64,000 bases of DNA from an uncultured bacterium (GTDB lineage Bacteria > Planctomycetota > UBA1135 > GCA-002686595), in assembly GCA_943787795.1 (NCBI GenBank), contig CALSNU010000003.1, positions 491,708-555,707 on the forward strand, in the 5' to 3' direction. Each line of letters starts with the position of its first letter. The first letter of the stretch is position 1. Shown here one piece after another: positions 43,427 to 51,025 of this stretch. The translations under genes and the position numbers were made by a program. A model generated the notes under the pieces. It saw only the letters and a program-made list of their open reading frames with translations. It made no database searches and was not told where the DNA came from.

Positions 43427-46117
43427 TCAGCGGTCGTGGGCGTGGCCGTGGTCGTAGTCCATGGCCTCGTCCTCGGTGCGCTTGTCGATGGGGCCGGTGG
43501 ACTGGACGGCGCCGGAGAAGAAGAGGGCGTTGAGGAGGAGGCGGCGGGTGCCGTACCAGACGCCGCGGAAGCAGGGGTCGTCGATCATGGCGGTGACGGT
43601 GCCGCCGCCCATGCGGCGCACGCGGACGGCGGGGGTGCCGGCGATCTTCGCCACGTTGGGCTCACTGGCGAAGCCGGAGACCAGGGGGCTCTCGGTGTAG
43701 CGCAGGGGGGTCGCGAAGGGGTCGGGGCCCTCGGGCAGGACGCCCTCGAAGTTACGGAAGACGGGGACAGTGTCCCGGTCGAAGCCGTAGCCCAGCGGGT
43801 GGGTGCGATCGATGCGGGCCTCAAAGATGGTGCCGGCGATGCGCTGCTCGGCGCGGCGGGCCTCGTACTCGCCGTAGGGGATGTCGCCGGGCTCGGCCTC
43901 GTCGTCCTCATCGTGGGCGTCGTGGTCGTGGTCGCTCGCCTTTGTGGTCATGAGGCGTTCGGCCGCCCACAGGGCGGAGCGCTTGGTGGCGATCACGTGG
44001 CCGCCGTCGCGGACCCAGGCGCCGAGCTGGTCGGCCTCCTTCTCGCCCCAGCCGCCCGTGGCGCCGTTGACGAGGATGACGTGGGTGTAGTCGGCGAGGT
44101 CCAGGCGCGCGAGGCGCGCGCGGTCCACGGTGCTGATCGTGAGGCCGACCCGCGTGTCCAGGTCGTGCCAGACCTCGCCCGCCTCATAGGCGGAGACGCC
44201 CGAACCGATGAGGAGCAGCGGCTTCGGCTCGCGCAGGACGCTGAAGGAGCCGCTGCCGAGGTCGGGGCCCACGTCGGTCAGGCCGGTGGCGATGGGGATC
44301 AGCTCGAGGCCGTGCTCGCGGGCGTCCAGGAGCGCGGCGGTGATGGCCTTTGCGGAGAGCTCTTGGGGGCCCATGGGCACCAGAATGGCGCCGGGGTCCA
44401 GGGTGACCCGGCGGCCAGCGGACTGGCCGGCGATGGTGACCTCCTTCGTGAGGACGCTGGTGCGGATGCCAGCGGCCTGCAGGTGCGCGAGCCCGGCGGC
44501 GGCGCCGGAGCTGTGCCACTGGAAGGCGTAGGCGGTGACCTCCCCGTCGGACCACAGCTCGCGGTCGGAAGCGTCGCGCGTGGGGTCCGCGACCTCGCCC
44601 ACCAGGTCGCCGCTCCACTTCGCCATCGGCACCGCCTCACAGCGCACGTCAAAGCTCAGGGGGAAGGTCCAGGAGGACACGTCGTAGAAGGTGTTGTCGT
44701 CCCAGGAGGTGCGCGTCTCGAAGAGCGCGCGCACGAGCTTGGCCTGAGGCTGGTCCGAGGGGATGACGTAGGACTCGTCCTCGGGGAAGCCCTCGAGGTC
44801 CTCGGCCAGCTCGTGGACGGCGATGCCGTGGCGCTGGATCCGGTCCACCATCTCGTTCAATCGGAAGCGGTCACGGTCGGTGACCACGTAGCCGCCGACG
44901 TCGCCTTCCCGAGCCTCGGCGCGGGCGTCGCGGAAGAACTCGCGCTGGTACGCGCCGAGCTTGACCCGCATGCGGTCCGCGGCCTCGAGGGTCGTCAGGG
45001 AGGTGGTGAACTGGTTGCGGATCGTGAAGGGGAAGGTGAGCTCGCCGCGCTTGGTGCTCATCAGGTGGCCGCGGGAGCTCGCCTGCTCGAACAAGATCCC
45101 GATGGCGCCCTGGAGGTCGGGGTACGTGGAGCCCTTGCCGTAGTAGAAGTCGTCGAAGCGCTCCTCGGTGAAGTACAGGCTCCCCATGGCGTCCAGCGCC
45201 GCGGCGTGGAACTTCGCGATCTCCCCGGTGAGCTGCTGGTTGCGCTCGGGGGTCAGGGGATTGCGGCGGCTGGGGATCCCCGGCTGGAAGAAGTAGGTCG
45301 AGTCGCTCCCCATCTCGTGGTAGTCGGTGAGCACCGTGGGCATCCAGCGGTGGAAGGCCGCTACGCGCCCGCGGGACTCGGGGTGGGTGAGCAGCAGCCA
45401 GTCTCGGTTCAGGTCGAACCAGTAGTGGTTGGTGCGCCCGCCCGGCCAGGCCTCGTTGTGCTCGCGGGAGGCGGGGTCACCCACCAGCTGCCGGCCCCGG
45501 TGCATGTTCGCCCAGTGGGCGAAGCGCGCGCCGCCGTCGGGGTTCACGCAGGGGTCCACGAGGACCACCGTGCGCTCCAGGTAGGCGTCGAACTCCGCGC
45601 CGCTGGCGGCGGCGAGGTGATAGAGCAGGAGCAGGCTGGCGTTGGCCGCGCTCGACTCGTTGCCGTGGACGCCGTAGCCCATCCAGACCACCGAGGGGCC
45701 GTCGTAGTCGGCGGCGCCCGTGAGGACCGCCGAGCGGTGGGCGGCGCGGATCTCCTCGATGCGCGCGAGGTTCGCCGGCGAGCTGATGGTGGCCAGCAGC
45801 GTGGGCCGGGCCTCGTGGGTCTGGCCGGTCTGCTCCAAAGCCACGCGCGGGGACTTGTCGGCGACCACCTCGAACCAGCGCACGAGCTGGTCATGGCGCA
45901 CGTGCCAGGTGCCGACGGGCCAGCCGAGGACCGACTCGGGGCGCGGGAAGTCCGGGTCGTAGGCCTGGCCCGAGGGCAGGTACGTCTCCAGGGTCGGGGG
46001 CCAGAGCGTCTCGTGTTCCAGGGCTCCGCCCTGGGCAGCCTCGGCGCGGGGCGCGGCGAGCAGGAGGACGGCGGTGCTGGCGAGGAGGCTACGTCGGATC
46101 AGGGAGAGCGCGGTCAT
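43427..46117 (-). CDS. M14-family zinc carboxypeptidase, secreted
   Basis: Signal peptide; VHGNE, NPDG, GRTNHYWFDLNRDW, DYHEMG and GKGSTYPD. Confidence 0.92.
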   Translation of the reverse strand: MTALSLIRRSLLASTAVLLLAAPRAEAAQGGALEHETLWPPTLETYLPSGQAYDPDFPRPESVLGWPVGTWHVRHDQLVRWFEVVADKSPRVALEQTGQTHEARPTLLATISSPANLARIEEIRAAHRSAVLTGAADYDGPSVVWMGYGVHGNESSAANASLLLLYHLAAASGAEFDAYLERTVVLVDPCVNPDGGARFAHWANMHRGRQLVGDPASREHNEAWPGGRTNHYWFDLNRDWLLLTHPESRGRVAAFHRWMPTVLTDYHEMGSDSTYFFQPGIPSRRNPLTPERNQQLTGEIAKFHAAALDAMGSLYFTEERFDDFYYGKGSTYPDLQGAIGILFEQASSRGHLMSTKRGELTFPFTIRNQFTTSLTTLEAADRMRVKLGAYQREFFRDARAEAREGDVGGYVVTDRDRFRLNEMVDRIQRHGIAVHELAEDLEGFPEDESYVIPSDQPQAKLVRALFETRTSWDDNTFYDVSSWTFPLSFDVRCEAVPMAKWSGDLVGEVADPTRDASDRELWSDGEVTAYAFQWHSSGAAAGLAHLQAAGIRTSVLTKEVTIAGQSAGRRVTLDPGAILVPMGPQELSAKAITAALLDAREHGLELIPIATGLTDVGPDLGSGSFSVLREPKPLLLIGSGVSAYEAGEVWHDLDTRVGLTISTVDRARLARLDLADYTHVILVNGATGGWGEKEADQLGAWVRDGGHVIATKRSALWAAERLMTTKASDHDHDAHDEDDEAEPGDIPYGEYEARRAEQRIAGTIFEARIDRTHPLGYGFDRDTVPVFRNFEGVLPEGPDPFATPLRYTESPLVSGFASEPNVAKIAGTPAVRVRRMGGGTVTAMIDDPCFRGVWYGTRRLLLNALFFSGAVQSTGPIDKRTEDEAMDYDHGHAHDR

Positions 46118-46216
46118 GCAGAGAGTGTGCACGACAGCCCCGCATCTCGGACAGGCTGGGCGCCTCTTCTGCCCGTGGGCGGGCCCGCAGCAGGCGGAGC
46201 CGCGGGCGAGGTGCCC

Positions 46217-46810
46217 TCAGTCTGACCCGCCGGGGAACCAGGGGTCGATGGGCTCTCCGTCGCGCTCCTTGCCCTCCACGAAGCCTCCGCGCAGGGACGC
46301 CGCGTAGGCGGACACCAGCACGATCTCGTTCATGCTTAGCTGGTCCTTCCAGGCGGGCATGCCCGCCGCGATGGAGCCGCCGATGACGGTCTCGGCCACG
46401 TCCTCCAGTTTGCGCACGCGGATGTAGTGGTCGTCGGTCAGGTTCGGACCGGAGACGCCGGCCCCGTCGCTGCCGTGGCAAGAGACGCAGTTCGCCGCGA
46501 AGATCGACTGACCGACCCTCAGCCAACGGCTCTTCTCGGGGTCGGTCATGAACGCGCCCATGGTCCCCGCGGTCGGCGCCAGGTTGCCGATCTCCGCGAA
46601 CTGGGCCTGGAGCTCGGCGGTCACGGCGCGGTCGTAGCTCGCCGCGGGGTCCGTCAGGTCCGGGCGGATCACCGACAGGAAGATCGAGCCGAAGGCCAGC
46701 ACCGCAGTGGCCAGCGCCGCGAGGGACCACCAGCCGGGGAGGGGGTGGTCTCCCTCCTCGATACCATGCGCCGGGGGGCGCTGGGGCTGGCTGGGGTCGA
46801 GGTCTGACAT
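46217..46810 (-). CDS. ccoP: cbb3-type cytochrome c oxidase subunit III-like monoheme cytochrome c
   Basis: N-terminal HGIEEGDHPLPGWW (FixP/CcoP N-terminal motif), TM helix, CVSCH, GPNLTD and GMPAW. Confidence 0.85.
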   Translation of the reverse strand: MSDLDPSQPQRPPAHGIEEGDHPLPGWWSLAALATAVLAFGSIFLSVIRPDLTDPAASYDRAVTAELQAQFAEIGNLAPTAGTMGAFMTDPEKSRWLRVGQSIFAANCVSCHGSDGAGVSGPNLTDDHYIRVRKLEDVAETVIGGSIAAGMPAWKDQLSMNEIVLVSAYAASLRGGFVEGKERDGEPIDPWFPGGSD

Positions 46811-46874
46811 GGCGCAGTAGGAGTGGGCGGCGGGGCGTTGAGTTCAACCGGGGCGCAAGGCCGCGGGGTCTGGG

Positions 46875-49112
46875 CTACTGGGAGCTCGCCGGGGTGGGGA
46901 GGTCGTCTTGGGAGGGTAGCCCGAGCTGCTGGAGGTAGGCCACCAGGGCGATGGCGTCCGAGGCCTCGAGCGGCACCGGCGCGCCGGCGCCCGGCCGCAG
47001 GAGGGGCGCGCCATTCTGGGCCTCGAACTCCGAGACGAGCTCGGCGGCCTGCGCGGCGGCCCGAGACGCGGCGGCGGTCGGGGTCTTGGTGAGCCCCGAG
47101 CGGTGCACGAGTCGCGGGAGGTCCCTGGGCTGCTCGAAGAGGTGCCGGTAGGACGGCATGATCGAGCCGGGGGAGACGGCCCGCGGGTCGTCCAGGTGGG
47201 TGACCTGCCAGCGCGTGGAGCGGCGGCCACCCTCACGTGCGAGGTCGGGGCCGACGCGGCGGGTGCCCCAGAGGGAGGGGCCGGGCTCCACGGGTTCGGT
47301 GTCGGCGCTGATGGGGCCGTACCGCTTGGTATCCGCGAGCAGGGGCCTCACGGCCTGGGTGTGGCAGGTGGCGCAGCCCTCTCGCTCGTAGACCGTGCGG
47401 CCGTAGGCCTCCAGCGGCGTGAGGGGCGCGGGGGCCGCCGGGGCTGCGCGGAGCAGGGGGCCGAGCTGGATGGTGCCCACGGCGCCCGCCGAGAGCAGGA
47501 TCCAGGAGGCGAGCCGGAGGGGCCGGCGCTCGAGGCGTCGGTGCCACCACAGGGAGCAGAATACCTGCAGGCGGCGGCCCCAGTCGAGGATGGCGCCAGG
47601 GGGCGCGGCGGGCGGCGCTTCCGCTTGGGAGAGGGGCTCGAGAGGCGGCTGAGTGACCGAGGTTCGAGGGTAGGAGGACGGCCGGGCGCCCCAGGTGCGC
47701 AGCAGGTTCCAGGCTCCGGTCAGCGCGCCAGTGAAGAACAGCCCAAGCCCCACCAGGTGCAGGAGCCGGTGTCCCTCCACGCGCGTGACGGCCTCGGTGA
47801 ACTCGGGGTGCAGCAGGTGCCCCTCGGGGGAGAGGGCGCCGAGGACTCCAGCCTGGGCTGCGCCGCTGAAGCGGAGGGCCGCGGCGGAGGTGAGGACCCC
47901 GAGGGTGGCGAGCCAGAAGTGGGCCCGGGCCAGGCCGGCCGAGTGGAGCGGCGCGTGGAAGATCCGCGGGGCCAGCCAGTAGGACCCGGCGAAGACCACC
48001 GATGCGCCCCAGCCCAGGAAGAGCAGCTCCTGGTGGCCTTCCACCCAGTCCGTCGAGCCCACCGCCGCGCTCACGCGGCGCAGGGCCAGCAGCGGGTCTT
48101 CGAGGGCCGCCAGGGCGAAGAAGAAGAGGGCGGCGACCAGGAACGGACGCGCAGGGTCCCGTTCGTCGCGGACCGCTCGCTGCCCGTCCCGCAGGGTGGC
48201 AGCCAGGTTCAGCACCCCGCTGGTGGACGGCACCCAGACGAGGAAGGCGAAGGCCAGGGCCAGGGCCAGGGCCCAGCCGGGCGTCGGCGTCAGGTGCAGG
48301 TGACGGGGGGCGACCCACAGCTGGATCAGCAGCAGCGACCACAGGTGGACGATCGCCATGCGGTAGGAGTGCAGGGGCGCGCGGCTGATGCGCGGCGCGA
48401 GGTCGTAGGCCACGCCGAACAGGCCGATCACCAGGAGGGCCCCCGCGCCGTTGCGCACGTACCACCACTGGAGGGCCGCGTCGGCGGCCCCTGTGAAGGG
48501 CGGGCTGCCGAGGATCGGGTGGTGGAGCGACGCGAGGGCCGCCGCGATCTGGAGGCCCCCGAAGAGGAGGGTGGCCGCGAGGTAGAACCAGAGAGACGCG
48601 TACATGTAGCGCTGGCGCCGCCGCGTCAGCGTCATGAGGAGCTGGACGCCGAACAGGGTCCAGAGGCCTGCAAGGGCGAGGTCCACCGGGGCCTCGGCGG
48701 GGGAGAGCAGCCGCGGCTCCAGGGCGCCGCCGGCCACGGTCCACGCGGCCCAACCCAGCCCGAGCTGCCAGCCCCACAGGTGAAGCGTCCCGAGGGGCGC
48801 CGCGGCCATGGGCGCGCAACACAGCCGCTGGGTGGAGTGGTGCACCAGGGCGAAGAAGCCGTTCCCCAGGAACCCAAGGAGCATCAGGAGCTCTGCGAGG
48901 GGGCGGAGGCGGCCGAAGCCCAGGGCCGGGTGCACGTCCGCGAGCTCGGGGTGCACGAGGCTCCAGCCGGCCAGCGTGCAGAGCGCGAGGGAGGCCAGAG
49001 CCCAGGTCCACGCGGCCGCCAGGTAGCGGCGGGCCGGGTCGTCGTCGAGCCAGGGCCCGGTCGCGCCGGGGGGGCGGTCCTGGTCGGTGGCTTGGCGTGG
49101 GGCAGCGGTCAT
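46875..49112 (-). CDS. cbb3-type oxidase CcoN-CcoO fusion homologue with degenerate heme-copper site
   Basis: FGRLRPL, STQRLC, YASLWFY, QWWY, TDW.GH...LGW and HFWLATLG (CcoN); YEREGCATCHTQAVRP, WGTRRVGPDLAREGG and SIMPSY (CcoO). Confidence 0.88.
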   Translation of the reverse strand: MTAAPRQATDQDRPPGATGPWLDDDPARRYLAAAWTWALASLALCTLAGWSLVHPELADVHPALGFGRLRPLAELLMLLGFLGNGFFALVHHSTQRLCCAPMAAAPLGTLHLWGWQLGLGWAAWTVAGGALEPRLLSPAEAPVDLALAGLWTLFGVQLLMTLTRRRQRYMYASLWFYLAATLLFGGLQIAAALASLHHPILGSPPFTGAADAALQWWYVRNGAGALLVIGLFGVAYDLAPRISRAPLHSYRMAIVHLWSLLLIQLWVAPRHLHLTPTPGWALALALAFAFLVWVPSTSGVLNLAATLRDGQRAVRDERDPARPFLVAALFFFALAALEDPLLALRRVSAAVGSTDWVEGHQELLFLGWGASVVFAGSYWLAPRIFHAPLHSAGLARAHFWLATLGVLTSAAALRFSGAAQAGVLGALSPEGHLLHPEFTEAVTRVEGHRLLHLVGLGLFFTGALTGAWNLLRTWGARPSSYPRTSVTQPPLEPLSQAEAPPAAPPGAILDWGRRLQVFCSLWWHRRLERRPLRLASWILLSAGAVGTIQLGPLLRAAPAAPAPLTPLEAYGRTVYEREGCATCHTQAVRPLLADTKRYGPISADTEPVEPGPSLWGTRRVGPDLAREGGRRSTRWQVTHLDDPRAVSPGSIMPSYRHLFEQPRDLPRLVHRSGLTKTPTAAASRAAAQAAELVSEFEAQNGAPLLRPGAGAPVPLEASDAIALVAYLQQLGLPSQDDLPTPASSQ

Positions 49113-49226
49113 GGGAAGAGACGCCGGGTCGGAGCCGGCCGGCGCGGCCTCAGCCTAGCGACCCTGGGACCGCAGCGGAACGGAAGCGGGGTCGCTGCAA
49201 GGCGCCGGGTTTCGGATCGAGCCGGC

Positions 49227-50474
49227 TCAGGCGTCTGCGTCTGGGAGCTCCTCGCTTCGGAGCTCATTGCTTCGGAGTTCCTCGGCGAGCCGGCCGAGGA
49301 ACAGCCCGACGTCGGTGACGACGCCCACGGTTTGGGAGGAGCCGCGGTCGCTGAGCTTGGTCACCACCGCGGGGTTGATGTCCACGCACACGACACGGAC
49401 CCACGAGGGCAGCATGTTGCCGACTCCGATGGAGTGCAGCATGGTGCTCAGCATCAGGACCATGCCCGCGTCCTCGAGCTGGTGGGCGTAGGCCTCCTGC
49501 GCCTCGATCAGGTCCATGAGGGTGTCGGGGAGCGGGCCGTCGTCGCGGATCGAGCCGGCCAGCACCACGTCCACGTCGTTCTCGACGCAGGCGTGCATGA
49601 TGCCGCTCTTGAGCACGCCCGTGCGCACGGCCTCGGGGATCGAGCCCGCGTGGTTGATGCGGTTGATGGCCCGCATGTGGTTCTTGTGCCCCTCCTCGAC
49701 GGGCTTACCTGTGCCGAGGCTCACTCCCAGCGAGGTGCCGAAGAAGCAGTTCTCGATGTCGTGCACCGCGAGGGCGTTCCCCGAGAGGATGGCGTCGACC
49801 CAGCCGCCCTCGATCAGGCTGCGGAAGGGGGTGATGCCGTCGGTGTGGATGACCACAGGGCCTGCGACGAAGATGATCCGCTTGCCCTCCTCGCGGGTGC
49901 GGCGCATCTGGCTCGCCACGCGCTTGACGCTGGTCTCGACGCTGCGCTCCGAGCTGATGTCGTTGCTCATGAACGCGAAGGAGGCGCGCTCACCCTGGAC
50001 CTGGTCCAGGTTGACCCGGACACCGGAGACGCCGCAGACCACGAGGTCGCCGGCGCGCACGTCGCGCAGCTTGCGGCAGAGGGGCTCGCCGCCCTCGAGG
50101 ACGATCACAGCGTCCATGCGCTGGGCCCCGACGGAGCGCCAGACCCCATCGAGTCGGATCTCGGTGCGGTGATTGGTGGTGGAGTAGAAATCCTCGGGCA
50201 CGCACATGTCGCGCTCGATGGGGACGAGCCGGGCGTCCCTGGCCGAGGCGACCGCGCAGCCGAAGGACAGGGTGGCCTCGATGGTCTCGCGCAGGGTGGC
50301 CTCGTCCTCGGCCGTGATCTTGAGCTCGATCTCAGACTCGTCGGCGTGGGTCGTGCCCACCTCGAAGCGCAGGATCTCGTAGGACGCGCCGTGCTCGAGG
50401 ATCTGGTCGAAGATCCGCTCGAGGACGTGGGTGTCGATCAGGTGACCCTTGGCGCTGACGGTCTCGTGGAGCAT
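49227..50474 (-). CDS. TIGR00300-family protein (LOR/SDH-like N-terminus; homologous to the C-terminal part of cyanobacterial ArgZ/AgrE)
   Basis: GHLID, FYSTTNHRT, RMDA, FAFMSNDISSER, GPVVIHT, GNALAVHDIE, LAGSIRDDGPLP and KLSDRGS. Confidence 0.88.
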   Translation of the reverse strand: MLHETVSAKGHLIDTHVLERIFDQILEHGASYEILRFEVGTTHADESEIELKITAEDEATLRETIEATLSFGCAVASARDARLVPIERDMCVPEDFYSTTNHRTEIRLDGVWRSVGAQRMDAVIVLEGGEPLCRKLRDVRAGDLVVCGVSGVRVNLDQVQGERASFAFMSNDISSERSVETSVKRVASQMRRTREEGKRIIFVAGPVVIHTDGITPFRSLIEGGWVDAILSGNALAVHDIENCFFGTSLGVSLGTGKPVEEGHKNHMRAINRINHAGSIPEAVRTGVLKSGIMHACVENDVDVVLAGSIRDDGPLPDTLMDLIEAQEAYAHQLEDAGMVLMLSTMLHSIGVGNMLPSWVRVVCVDINPAVVTKLSDRGSSQTVGVVTDVGLFLGRLAEELRSNELRSEELPDADA

Positions 50475-50518
50475 GGGGCGGGGAGTGGCGGAGCGAGCCG
50501 GGTCGAGGGAGGGCGACG

Positions 50519-51025
50519 TCAGGCCTCGAGCGGCCCGCGGGAGGCCGACCATCGTGCCACGGGAAGCCTCGGACTGTGAGCGGCAGCGGGCGCATCCCAG
50601 CCAGGCTCCAGATCCACGAAGACGCTCGCCTCTACCCGGCGACCGTCCACCGCATCCCACGCCTTCAGATCCGTCAGCACGCCGTCGTCGACCCGGGCGA
50701 TCAGCTGAACCCAGCCGGCCGGTGTGCCCTCCATGTCCAGGTGGCTGGGACATGCCTCCTGGGCGGAGTGGCTGTGCCAGACGCCGAGGATCTCGAGGCC
50801 CTGAGCGCGGACCGCCTGCTCCTGTCGCAGCAGGTGCACCGGGTCCAGGAAGAACCGGTCCGCGGCCGTGGCGAGGTTCTGGGCGACCGTGAGGCGGCGG
50901 ACGCTCCGTTCACCCCCGACGTGCTTCCCGAGGAGGATCCCGCACGCCTCTTGTGGCGCGTGCTCGACCGAGGCGCGGGTGAGCCGGATCACCTGCCGGC
51001 GGTTCAGGGCGATGGGGAGGATCAT
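50519..51025 (-). CDS. JAMM/MPN+ (Mov34, M67) metalloprotease
   Basis: EACGILLG...WHSH...PSHLD, the JAMM motif; ATGA overlap with the upstream gene. Confidence 0.88.
   Translation of the reverse strand: MILPIALNRRQVIRLTRASVEHAPQEACGILLGKHVGGERSVRRLTVAQNLATAADRFFLDPVHLLRQEQAVRAQGLEILGVWHSHSAQEACPSHLDMEGTPAGWVQLIARVDDGVLTDLKAWDAVDGRRVEASVFVDLEPGWDAPAAAHSPRLPVARWSASRGPLEA

Noticed and set aside
46875..49112. Interpretation as nitric oxide reductase or another active heme-copper family member
   Set aside because: NORs also retain all six histidines, whereas four are replaced here, and the flanking motifs are clearly CcoN/CcoO-type.
47103..50579. 1158-aa + strand ORF, and similar long ORFs at 8555-11143, 33318-35675, 38465-41563 and 43397-46225
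   Set aside because: Antisense shadows of well-supported genes. High GC3 suppresses stop codons on the opposite strand, and the translations show no family motifs.
50519..51025. JAB protein as part of a CBASS or ubiquitin-like anti-phage system
   Set aside because: No CD-NTase, E1/E2, ubiquitin-like or effector gene is adjacent; the neighbours are metabolic.
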